A stretch of 64,000 nucleotides of DNA from Eledone cirrhosa (taxonomy: Eukaryota). Below the pieces are notes generated by a model, which saw nothing but the letters and a program-made list of their open reading frames with translations, made no database searches and was not told the origin of the DNA. The stretch lies in contig OZ024757.1 of NCBI GenBank assembly GCA_964016885.1, positions 35,216,001 through 35,280,000 of the forward strand, written 5' to 3'. Positions 1 through 11,528 of this stretch are shown here, one piece after another. Each line of letters begins with the position of its first letter. The first letter of the stretch is position 1. A program made the position numbers and the translations under genes.

Positions 1-515
1 AGAGGAAGACAGAGATGAAACGAGAGAGAGAGAGCAAGATGAAACGAGAGAGAGAGATTTAACGAGAGAGAGGAAGAGAGAGATGGAACGAGAGAGAGGA
101 AGAGAGAGATGGAACGAGAGAGAGGAAGACAGAGAGCGCAAGATGAAACGAGAGAGAGAGAGAGAGAGCGAGATGAAACGAGAGAGAGGAAGAGAGAGAG
201 CGCGAGATGAAACGAGAGAGAGGAAGTGAGAGAGCGCGAGATGAAACGAGAGAGAGAGAGCGAGATGAAATGAGAGAGTGAGAGTGAGATGAAACGAGAG
301 AGAGAGAGAGAGAGCGTGATGAAATGAGAGAGAGAGAGCGAGATGAAATGAGAGAAAGAGAGTGAGATGAAATGAGAGAGTGAGAGCGAGATGAAACGAG
401 ACAGGGAGAGCGAGATGAAATGAGAGAGTGAGAGCGAGATGAAACGAGAGAGTGAGAGCGAGATGAAACGAGAGAGAGAGAGAGCGAGATGACACGAGAC
501 AGAGAGAGCGAGATG

Positions 516-551
<36 letters not shown>

Positions 552-1096
552 TGAAACGAGAGAGAGAGTGCGAAATGAAACGAGAGTGAGAGAGCGAGAT
601 GAAACGAGAGAGTGAGAGCGAGATGAAATGAGAGAGAGAGAGAACGAGATGAAATGAGAGAGAGAGAGAGCGAGATGAAATGAGACATAGAGAGATGAAA
701 CGAGAGAGAGATGAAACGAGAAAGAGAGGAAACGAGAGAGTGGAAACAAGAGTAGAGAGCGAGATGAAACAGGAGTGAGAGAGCGAGATGAAACAGGAGA
801 GAGAGAGCGAGATGAAACGAGAGGGAGCGAGAGATGAAACGAGAGAGCGAGAGAGAGATAGAGGGAAATGAAACGAGAGAGAGAGAGACAGATGAAACGA
901 GGGATATAGAGATGAAACGAGAGAGAGATATGAAACGAGAGAGAGGAAGAGAGAGATAGAACGAGAGAGAGGAAGAGAGAGATGAAACGAGAGAGAGGAA
1001 GACAGAGGTGAAACGAGAGAGAGAGAGAGCGAGATGAAACGAGAGAGAGAGCGAGATGAAACGAGAGAAAGGAAGAGAGAGAGCGCGAGATGAAAC

Positions 1097-1502
1097 TCTG
1101 TCATGGACATCTCTGCCCATGTGGCTAATAATTCTGTCATGTAATGTTATGGACAACTCTGCCCCTGTGGCTATTAATTCTGTCATGTAATGTTATGGAC
1201 ATCTCTGCCTCTGTGGCTAATAATTCTGACATGTAATGTTATGGAATCTCTGCCCCTGTGGCTAATAAATCTGTCATGTAATGTTACGGACATCTCTGCC
1301 CCTGTGGCTAATAAATCTGTCATGTAATGTTATGGACATCTCTGCCCCTGTGGCTAATAATTCTGACATGTAATGTTATGGACATCTCTGCCCCTGTGGC
1401 TAATAATTCTGACATGTAATGTTATGGACATCTGTGCCCCTGTGGCTAATAATTCTGACATGTAATGTTATGGACATCTCTGCCCCTGTGGCTAATAATT
1501 CT
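1097..1502 (+). repeat. 46-bp minisatellite array (about 9 units)
   Basis: Units start at 1136, 1182 and 1228 (period 46). The first unit carries a 10-bp deletion. Confidence 0.95.
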
Positions 1503-1571
1503 GAGAGAGATGAAACAAGTGAGGGATTAGAGAGAGATGAAACAAGTGAGGGATTAGAGTGTTGAAACAAG
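1503..1571 (+). repeat. Module cap (example): 27-bp doublet AGAGAGAGATGAAACAAGTGAGGGATT followed by AGAGTGTTGAAACAAG
   Basis: Present, as a doublet or a single copy, at the same end of every non-palindromic 46-bp array on either strand. Missing only at the orphan unit at 7168. Confidence 0.9.
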
Positions 1572-3210
1572 AGAGAGGAAGAGAGAGTGAGAGCGAGATC
1601 AAACGAGAGAGAGAGAGCGAGATGAAATGAGAGAGAGAGAGCGAGATGAAACAAGACAGAGAGAGCGGGATGAAACGAGACAGAGAGAGCGAGAGCGAGA
1701 TGAAACGAGACAGAGAGAGCGAGATGAAACGAGAGAGAGAGAGCGAGATGAAATGAGAGAGAGAGAGCGAGATGAAATGAGAGAGAGAGAGCGAGATGAA
1801 ACGAGAGAGTGAGAGCGAGATGGAACAAGAGAGAGCGAGAGAGAGCGAGATGAAATGAGAGAGAGAGAGCGAGATGAAACGAGAGAGTGAGAGCGAGATG
1901 GAACGAGAGAGAGCGAGAGAGAGCGAGATGAAATGAGAGAGAGAGAGCGAGATGAAATGAGAGAGAGAGAGCGAGATGAAACGAGACAGAGAGAGCGGGA
2001 TAAAACGAGACAGAGAGAGCGAGAGCGAGATGAAACGAGACAGAGAGAGCGAGATGAAACGAGAGAGAGAGAGCGGGATGAAACGAGAGAGTGAGAGCGA
2101 GATGGAACGAGACAGAGAGAGCGAGATGAAACGAGAGTGGGAGAGCTAGATGAAACAAGAGAGAGAGGAAACGAGAGAGAGAGGAAACGAGAGAGACGAA
2201 ACGAGAGAGAGGAAACGAGAGTAGAGAGCGAGATGAAACAGGAGAGAGAGAACGAGATGAAACAGGAGAGAGATAGCGAGATGAAACGAGAGGGAGAGAG
2301 AGATGAAACGAGAGAGCGAGAGAGAGATAGAGGGAGATGAAACGACAGAGAGAGAGACAGATGAAACGAGGGAGATAGAGATGAAACGAGAGAGAGGAAG
2401 AGAGAGATGGAACGAGAGAGAGGAAGAGAGAGATGGAACGAGAGAGAGGAAGACAGAGATGAAACGAGAGAGAGACAGAGCAAGATGAAACGAGAGAGAG
2501 AGATTAAACGAGAGAGAGGAAGAGAGAGATGGAACGAGAGAGAGGAAGAGAGAGATGGAACGAGAGAGAGGAAGACAGAGATGAAACGAGAGAGAGAGAG
2601 ATCGAGATGAAACGAGAGAGAGGAAGAGAGAGAGCGCAAGATGAAACGAGAGAGAGAGAGAGAGAGCGAGATGAAACGAGAGAGAGGAAGAGAGAGAGCG
2701 CGAGATGAAACGAGAGAGAGTAAGAGAGAGAGCGCGAGATGAAACGAGAGAGAGAGAGAACGAGATGAAATGAGAGAGAGAGAGAGCGAGATGAAATGAG
2801 ACATAGAGAGATGAAACGAGAGAGAGATGAAACGAGAAAGAGAGGAAACGAGAGAGTGGAAACAAGAGTAGAGAGCGAGATGAAACAGGAGTGAGAGAGC
2901 GAGATGATACAGGAGAGAGAGAGCGAGATGAAACGAGAGGGAGCGAGAGATGAAACGAGAGAGGGAGAGAGACATAGAGGGAAATGAAACGACAGAGAGA
3001 GAGACAGATGAAACGAGGGATATAGAGATGAAACGAGAGAGAGATATGAAACGAGAGAGAGGAAGAGAGAGATAGAACGAGAGAGAGGAAGAGAGAGATG
3101 AAACGAGAGAGAGGAAGACAGAGGTGAAACGAGAGAGAGAGAGCGGGATGAAACGAGAGAGAGAGCGAGATGAAATGAGAGAGAGGAAGAGAGAGAGCGC
3201 GAGATGAAAC

Positions 3211-3524
3211 TCTGTCATGGACATCTCTGCCCCTGTGGCTAATAATTCTGTCATGTAATGTTATGGACAACTCTGCCCCTGTGGCTAATAATTCTGTCAT
3301 GTAATGTTATGGACATCTCTGCCCCTGTGGTTAATAATTCTGACATGTAATGTTATGGAATCTCTGCCCCTGTGGCTAATAAATCTGTCATGTAATGTTA
3401 CGGACATCTCTGCCCCTGTGGCTAATAAATCTGTCATGTAATGTTATGGACATCTCTGTCCCTGTGGCTAATAATTCTGACATGTAATGTTATGGACATC
3501 TCTGCCCCTGTGGCTAATAATTCT
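3211..3524 (+). repeat. 46-bp minisatellite array (about 7 units)
   Basis: Tandem 45/46-bp units. Confidence 0.95.
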
Positions 3525-5834
3525 GAGAGAGATGAAACAAGTGAGGGATTAGAGAGAGATGAAACAAGTGAGGGATTAGAGTGTTGAAACAAGAGAGAGA
3601 GAGGAAGAGTGAGTTAGAGCGAAATCAAACGAGAGAGAGCGAGATGAAATGAGAGAGTGAGAGCGAGATGAAACGAGAGAGAGAGAGAGAGCGAGATGAA
3701 ATGAGAGAGAGAGAGCGAGATGAAATGAGAGAGAGAGAGCGAGATGAAACGAGACAGAGAGAGCGGGATGAAACGTGACAGAGAGAGCGAGAGCGAGATG
3801 AAACGAGACAGAGAGAGCGAGATGAAACGAGAGAGAGAGAGCGAGATGAAATGAGAGAGAGAGAGCGAGATGAAATGAGAGAGAGAGAGCGAGATGTAAC
3901 GAGAGAGTGAGAGCGAGATGGAACGAGACAGAGAGAGCGAGATGAAACGAGAGTGGGAGAGCTAGATGAAACGAGAGAGAGAGGAAACGAGAGAGAGAGG
4001 AAACGAGAGAGACGAAACGAGAGTAGAGAGCGAGATGAAACAGGAGAGAGAGAGCGAGATGAAACGAGAGGGAGAGAGAGATGAAACGAGAGAGCGAGAG
4101 AGAGATAGAGGGAGATGAAACGACAGAGAGAGAGACAGATGAAACGAGGGAGATAGAGATGAAACGAGAGAGAGAGATGAAACTAGAGAGAGGAAGAGAG
4201 AGATGGAACGAGAGAGAGGAAGAGAGAGATGGAACGAGAGAGAGGAAGACAGAGATGAAACGAGAGAGAGAGAGAGCAAGATGAAACGAGAGAGAGAGAT
4301 GAAACGAGAGAGAGGAAGAGAGAGATGGAACGAGAGAGAGGAAGACAGAGATGAAACGAGAGAGAGAGAGATTGAGATGAAACGAGAGAGTGAGAGCTAG
4401 ATGAAACGAGAGAGAGAGGAAACGAGAGAGAGAGGAAACGAGAGAGAGGAAACGAGAGTAGAGAGCAAGAGGAAACAGGAGAGAGGGAGAGCGAGGTGAA
4501 ACCGGAGAGAGAGAGCGAGATGAAACGAGAGGGAGGGAGAGATGAAACGAGAGAGCGAGAGAGAGATAGAGGGAGATGAAACGAGAGAGTGATAGCTAGA
4601 TGAAACGAGAGTGAGAGGAATAGAGAGATGGAACGAGAGAGAGGAAGACAGATATGAAACGAGAGAGAGAGAGAGAGCGAGATGAGACGAGAGAGAGGAA
4701 GAGAGAGAGCGCGAGATGAAATGAGAGAGAGAGAGAGCGAGATGAAACGAGAGAGAGGAAGAGAGAGAGCGCGAGATGAAAAGAGAGAGAGAGAGAGCGA
4801 GATGAAAAGAGAGAGAGGAAGAGAGAGAGCGCGAGATGAAACGAGAGAGAGAGAGCGAGATGAAATGAGAGAGTGAGGGTGAGATGAAACGAGAGAGAGA
4901 GAGAGAGATAGCGAGATGAAATGAGAGAGAGAGAGCGAGATGAAATGAGAGAGAGAGAGAGCGAGATGAAACGAGACAGAGAAAGCGGGATGAAACGAGA
5001 CAGAGAGATCGAGAGGAAATGAGAGACAGAGAGAGCGAGATGAAACGAGAGAGTGAGAGCGGGATGGAACGAGACAGAGAGAGCGAGATGAAACGAGAGA
5101 GTGAGGAAACGAGAGAGAGAGGAAACGAGACAGAGGAAACGAGAGAGAGGAAACGAGAGTAGAGAGCGAGATGAAACAGGAGAGAGAGAGACCGAGATAA
5201 AACAGGAGAGAGAGAGCGAGATGAAACGAGAGGGAGGGAGAGATGAAACGAGAGAGCGAGAGAGAGATAGTGGGAGATGAAACGACAGAGAGAGAGACAG
5301 ATGAAACGAGGGAGATAGATATGAAACGAGAGAGCGAGATGAAACGAGAGAGTGAGAGCGAGATGGAACGAGACAGAGAGAGCGAGATGAAACGAGAAAG
5401 AGAGAGCGAGATGTAATGAGAGAGAGAGTGGGATGGAACGAGACAGAGAGGAAACGAGAAAGAGAGGAAACGAGAGAGAGAGGAAACGAGAGAGAGGAAA
5501 CGAGAGTAGAGAGCGAGATGAAACAGGAGAGAGAGAGCGTGATGAAACAGGAGAGAGAGAGCGAGATGAAACGAGAGGGAGGGAGAGATGAAACGAGAGA
5601 GGGAGAGAGAGATAGAGGGAGATGAAACGACAGAGAGAGAGACAGATGAAACGAGGGAGATAGAGATGAAACGAGAGAGGAAGAGAGAGATGGAACGAGA
5701 GAGAGGAAGAGAGAGATGAAACGAGAGAGAGGAAGACAGAGATGAATAGAGAGAGAGAGAGAGCGAGATGAAACGAGAGAGAGGAAGAGAGAGAGCGCGA
5801 GATGAAACGAGAGAGAGAGAGCGCGAGATGAAAC

Positions 5835-6433
5835 TCTGTCATGTAATGTTATGGACATATCTGCCCTTGGGGCTAATAATTGTCATGTAATGTTATGGAC
5901 GTCTCTGCCCCTGTGGCTAATAATTCTGTCATGTAATGTTATGGACATCTCTGCCCCTGTGGCTAATAATTATGTCATGTAATGTTATGGACATCTCCGC
6001 CCCTGTGGCTAATAATTCTGACATGTAATGTTATGGACATCTCTGCCCCTCTGGCTAATAATTCTGACATGTAATGTTATGGACATCTCTGCCCCTGTGG
6101 CTAATAAATCAGAATTATTAGCCACAGGGGCAGAGATGTCCATAACATTACATGTCAGAATTATTAGCCACAGGGGCAGAGATGTCCATAACATTACATG
6201 TCAGAATTATTAGCCACAGGGACAGAGATGTCCATAACATTACATGACAGATTTATTAGCCACAGGGGCAGAGATGTCCATAACACTACATGTCAGAATT
6301 ATTAGCCACAGGGGCAGAGATGTCCATAACATTACATTACATAATTATTAGCCACAGGGGCAGAGATGTCCATAACATTACATGACAATTATTAGCCGCA
6401 AGGGCAGATATGTCCATAACATTACATGACAGA
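5835..6433. repeat. Palindromic 46-bp minisatellite array, inversion centre at 6111 (about 6 units +, about 7 units -)
   Basis: ...GTGGCTAATAAATC-A-GAATTATTAGCCAC... with one central base and one mismatch. The mirror ORFs 6009-6194(-) and 6028-6213(+) are symmetric about 6111. Confidence 0.95.
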
Positions 6434-7167
6434 CTTTCATCTCGCGCTCTCTCTCTCTCTCGTTTCATCTCGCGCTCTCTCTCTTCCTCTCTCTCGTTTC
6501 ATCTCGCGTTAACTCTCTTCCTCTCTCTCGTTTCATCTCGCTCTCTCTCTCTCGTTTCATCTCTGTCTTCCTCTCTCTCGTTCCATCTCTCTCTTCCTCT
6601 CTCTCGTTCCATCTCTCTCTTCCTCTCTCTCGTTTCATCTCTCTCTCTCTCTGTCGTTTCATCTCCCTCTAACTCTCTCTCGCTCTCTCGTTTCATCTCT
6701 CTCTCCCTCTCGTTTCATCTCGCTCTCTCTCTCCTGTTTCATCTCGCTCTCTCTCTCCTGTTTCATCTCGCTCTCTCTCTCCTGTTTCATCTCGCTCTCT
6801 ACTCTCGTTTCCTCTCTCTCATATCCTCTCTCTCGTTTCCTCTCTCTCTCGTTTCCTCTAGCTCTCACTCTCTCGTTTCATCTCGCTCTCTCTCTCTCAT
6901 TTCATCTCGCTCTCTCTCTCTCATTTCATCTCGCTCTCTCTGTCTCGTTTCATTTCGCTCTCTCTCTCTCTCATTTCATCTCGCTATCTCTATCTCGTTT
7001 CATCCCGCTCTCTCTGTCTCGTTTCATCTCGCTCTCTCTCTCTCATTTCATCTCGCTCTCTCTCTCTCATTTCATCTCGCTCTCTCTCTCTCGTTTCATC
7101 TCGCTCTCACTCTCTCATTTCATCTCGCTCTCTCTCTCGTTTGATCTCGCTCTCACTCTCTCTTCCT

Positions 7168-7215
7168 CAATTATTAGCCCCTAGGGCAGATATGTCCATA
7201 ACATTACTTGACAGA
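7168..7215 (-). repeat. Orphan single minisatellite unit at a deletion junction
   Basis: CAATTATTAGCCCCTAGGGCAG... is fused directly to a truncated cap. Confidence 0.9.
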
Positions 7216-8046
7216 CTTTCATCTGGCGCTCTCTCGTTTCATCTCTTCCTCTCTCTCGTTTCATCTCACTCTCTCTCTCTCTCGTTTCATCTCGCACTCT
7301 CTCTCTTCCTCTCTCTCGTTTTATCTTGCTCTCTCTCTCTCTCGTTTCATCTCTGTCTTCCTCTCTCTCGTTCCATCTCTCTCTTCCTCTCTCTCGTTTC
7401 ATCTCTCTCTCTCGTTTCATCTCTATCTCCCTCGTTTCATCTGTCTCTCTCTCTGTCGTTTCCTCTCCCTCTATCTCTCTCTCGCTCTCTCGTTTCATCT
7501 CTCTCTCCCTCTCGTTTCATCTCGCTCTCTCTCTCCTGTTTCATCTCGCTCTCTCTCTCTCCTGTTTCATCTCGCTCTCTACTCTCGTTTCCTCTCTCTC
7601 GTATCCTCTCTCTCGTTTCCTCTCTCTCTCGTTTCCTCTCTCTCTCGTTTCCTCTAGCTCTCACTCTCTCGTTTCATCTCGCTCTCTCTCTCTCATTTCA
7701 TCTCGCTCTCTCTCTCTTGTTTCATCTCGCTCTCTCTGTCTCGTTTCATTTCGCTCTCTCTCTCTCTCATTTCATCTCGCTCTCTCTGTCTCGTTTCATC
7801 CCGCTCTCTCTGTCTCGTTTCATCTCGCTCTCTCTCTCTCATTTCATCTCGCTCTCTCTCTCTCATTTCATCTCGCTCTCTCTCTCTCTCGTTTCATCTC
7901 GCTCTCACTCTCTCATTTCATCTCGCTCTCTCTCTCTCTCGTTTGATCTCGCTCTCACTCTCTCTTCCTCTTTCTCTCTTGTTTCAACACTTTAATCCCT
8001 CACTTGTTTCATCTCTCTCTAATCCCTCACTTGTTTCATCTCTCTC

Positions 8047-8415
8047 AGAATTATTAGCCACAGGGGCAGAGATGTCCATAACTTTACATGTCAGAATTAT
8101 TAGCCACAGGGGCAGAGATGTCCATAACATTACATGTCAGAATTATTAGCCACAGGGGCAGAGATGTCCATAACATTACATGACAGATTTATTAGCCACA
8201 GGGGCAGAGATGCCCATAACATTACATGACGAATTTATTAGCCACAGGGGCAGAGATGTCCATAATATTACATGACAGAATTATTAGCCACAGGGGCAGA
8301 GATGGCCATAACATTACATGACAGAATTATTAGCCACAGGGACAGAGATGTCCATAACATTACATGACAATTATTAGCCCCTAGGGCAGATATGTCCATA
8401 ACATTACTTGACAGA
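8047..8415 (-). repeat. 46-bp minisatellite array (about 8 units)
   Basis: Tandem reverse-complement units. Confidence 0.95.
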
Positions 8416-9242
8416 CTTTCATCTGGCGCTCTCTCGTTTCATCTCTTCCTCTCTCTCGTTTCATCTCACTCTCTCTCTCTCTCGTTTCATCTCGCACTCT
8501 CTCTCTTCCTCTCTCTCGTTTTATCTTGCTCTCTCTCTCTCTCGTTTCATCTCTGTCTTCCTCTCTCTCGTTCCATCTCTCTCTTCCTCTCTCTCGTTTC
8601 ATCTCTCTCTCTCGTTTCATCTCTATCTCCCTCGTTTCATCTGTCTCTCTCTCTGTCGTTTCCTCTCCCTCTATCTCTCTCTCGCTCTCTCGTTTCATCT
8701 CTCTCTCCCTCTCGTTTCATCTCGCTCTCTCTCTCCTGTTTCATCTCGCTCTCTCTCTCTCTCCTGTTTCATCTCGCTCTCTACTCTCGTTTCCTCTCTC
8801 TCGTATCCTCTCTCTCGTTTCCTCTCTCTCTCGTTTCCTCTCTCTCTCGTTTCCTCTAGCTCTCACTCTCTCGTTTCATCTCGCTCTCTCTCTCTCATTT
8901 CATCTCGCTCTCTCTCTCTCGTTTCATCTCGCTCTCTCTGTCTCGTTTCATTTCGCTCTCTCTCTCTCTCATTTCATCTCGCTCTCTCTGTCTCGTTTCA
9001 TCCCGCTCTCTCTGTCTCGTTTCATCTCGCTCTCTCTCTCTCATTTCATCTCGCTCTCTCTCTCTCATTTCATCTCGCTCTCTCTCTCTCGTTTCATCTC
9101 GCTCTCACTCTCTCATTTCATCTCGCTCTCTCTCTCGTTTGATCTCGCTCTCACTCTCTCTTCCTCTCTCTCTCTTGTTTCAACACTCTAATCCCTCACT
9201 TGTTTCATCTCTCTCTTATCCCTCACTTGTTTCATCTCTCTC

Positions 9243-9519
9243 AGAATTATTAGCCACAGGGGCAGAGATGTCCATAACATTACATGTCAGAATTATTAGC
9301 CACAGGGGCAGAGATGTCCATAACATTACATGACAGATTTATTAGCCACAGAGGCAGAGATGTCCATAACATTACATGACGAATTTATTAGCCACAGGGG
9401 CAGAGATGTCCATAACATTACATGACAGAATTATTAGCCACAGGGGCAGAGATGTCCATAACATTACATGACAATTATTAGCCCCAAGGGCAGATATGTC
9501 CATAACATTACATGACAGA
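9243..9519 (-). repeat. 46-bp minisatellite array (about 6 units)
   Basis: Tandem reverse-complement units. Confidence 0.95.
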
Positions 9520-10170
9520 CTTACATCTCACGCTCTCTCTCTCTCGTTTCATCTCGCGTTCTCTCTCTTCCTCTCTCTCGTTTCATCTCGCTCTCTCTCT
9601 CTCGTTTCATCTCACGCTCTCTCTCTTCTTCTCTCTCCTTTCATCTCGCTCTCTCTCTCTCTCGTTTCAACTTTGTCTTCCTCTCTCTCGTTTCATCTCT
9701 CTCTTCCTCTCTCTCTCGTTCCATCTCTCTCTCGTTTCATCTCGCTCTCTCTGTCTCGTTCCATCTCGCTCTCTCTCTCTCGTTTCATCTCTATCTCCCT
9801 CGTTTCATCTGTCTCTCTCTCTGTCGTTTCATCTCCCTCTATCTCTCTCTCGCTCTCTCGTTTCATCTCTACCTCCCTCTCGTTTCATCTCGCTCTCTCA
9901 CTCCTGTTTCATCTCGCTCTCTCTCTCCTGTTTAATCTCGCTCTCTACTCTCGTTCCATCTCTCTCTCATTTCATCTCACTCTCTCTCTCTCATTTCATC
10001 TCGCTTTCTCTCTCTCGTTTCATCTCGCTCTCACTCTCTCATTTCATCTCGCTCTCTCTCTCTCGTTTGATCTCGCTCTCACTCTCTCTTCCTCTCTCTC
10101 TCTTGTTTCAACACTTTAATCCCTCACTTGTTTCATCTCTCTCTAATCCCTCACTTGTTTCATCTCTCTC

Positions 10171-10495
10171 AGAATTATTAGCCACAGGGGCAGAGATGTC
10201 CATAACGTTACATGTCAGAATTATTAGCCACAGGGGCAGAGATGTCCATAACATTACATGTCAGAATTATTAGCCACAGGGGCAGAGATGTCCATAACAC
10301 TACATGACAGATTTATTAGCCACAGGGGCAGAGATGTCCATAACATTACATGACGGATTTATTAGCCACAGGGGCAGAGATGTCCATAACATTACATGAC
10401 AGAATTATTAGCCACAGGGGCAGAGATGGCCATAACATTACATGACAGAATTATTAGCCACAGGGGCAGATATGTCCATAACATTACATGACAGA
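10171..10495 (-). repeat. 46-bp minisatellite array (about 7 units)
   Basis: Tandem reverse-complement units. Confidence 0.95.
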
Positions 10496-11159
10496 CTTTC
10501 ATCTCGCGCTCTCTCGTTTCATCTCGCTCTCTCTCTCTTCCTCTCTCTCGTTTCATCTCACTCTCTCTCTTTCTCGTTTCATCTCGCACTCTCTCTCTTC
10601 CTCTCTCTCGTTTTATCTTGCTCTCTCTCTCGTTTCATCTCTGTCTTCCTCTCTCTCGTTCCATCTCTCTCTTCCTCTCTCTCGTTTCATCTCTCTCTCT
10701 CGTTTCAACTCTATCTCCCTCGTTTCATCTGTCTCTCTCTCTGTCGTTTCATCTCCCTCTATCTCTCTCTCGCTCTCTCGTTTCATCTCTCTCTCCCTCT
10801 CGTTTCATCTCGCTCTCTCTCTCCTGTTTCATCTCGCTCTCTACTCTCGTTTCCTCTCTCTCGTATCCTCTCTCTCGTTTCCTCTCTCTCTCGTTTCCTC
10901 TCTCTCTCGTTTCCTCTAGCTCTCTCTGTCTCGTTTCATCCCGCTCTCTCTGTCTCGTTTCATCTCGCTCTCTCTCTCTCATTTCATCTCGCTCTCTCTC
11001 TCTCATTTCATCTCGCTCTCTCTCTCTCGTTTCATCTCGCTCTCACTCTCTCATTTCATCTCGCTCTCTCTCTCTCTCTCGTTTGATCTCGCTCTCACTC
11101 TCTTTTCCTCTCTCTCTCTTGTTTCAACACTCTAATCCCTCACTTGTTTCATCTCTCTC

Positions 11160-11528
11160 AGAATTATTAGCCACAGGGGCAGAGATGTCCATAACATTAC
11201 ATGTCAGAATTATTAGCCACAGGGGCAGAGATGTCCATAACATTACATGACAGTTTTATTAGCCACAGGGGCAGAGATGTCCATAACATTACATGACGAA
11301 TTTATTAGCCACAGGGGCAGAGATGTCCATAACATTACATGACAGAATTATTAGCCACAGGGGCAGAGATGTCCATAACATTACATGACATAATTATTAG
11401 CCACAGGGGCAGAGATGTCCATAACATTACATGACAGAATTATTAGCCACAGGGGCAGATATGTCCATAACATTACATGACAATTATTAGCCCCAAGGGC
11501 AGATATGTCCATAACATTACATGACAGA
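11160..11528 (-). repeat. 46-bp minisatellite array (about 8 units)
   Basis: Tandem reverse-complement units. Confidence 0.95.

Larger units (their letters stand above)
1..6110 (+). repeat. Composite satellite arm, GA on top strand (partial, copy 1)
   Basis: (GA)n punctuated by GATGAAAC/GATGAAAT/GATGGAAC, alternating with 46-bp arrays. Confidence 0.95.

Noticed and set aside
1097-1502. CRISPR-like appearance of the 46-bp arrays and the GTTTCAAC/GTTGAAAC words
   Set aside because: The units are head to tail with no unique spacers, there is no leader or cas gene, and the context is eukaryotic (SINE, Helitron).
1501-1520. Hammerhead ribozyme core suggested by CTGAGAGA...GAAAC
   Set aside because: The intervening purine-only sequence cannot form stem II, and no stems I/III with an NUH site were evident. 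An Infernal or RNAMotif search would settle it.
1520-1560. GGGATTA as a telomeric repeat
   Set aside because: It is the reverse, not the reverse complement, of ATTAGGG. There are no tandem TTAGGG/CCCTAA runs.
6100-6122. Palindromes as sequencing or MDA fold-back chimeras
   Set aside because: The same centre occurs three times, and the two sides differ in unit number and carry arm-specific variants, which a fold-back read would not produce. Read-level confirmation is still advisable.
6009-6213. Mirror 61-aa ORFs on both strands at each centre
   Set aside because: They are a direct consequence of the palindrome and of translating a 46-bp repeat through successive frames.
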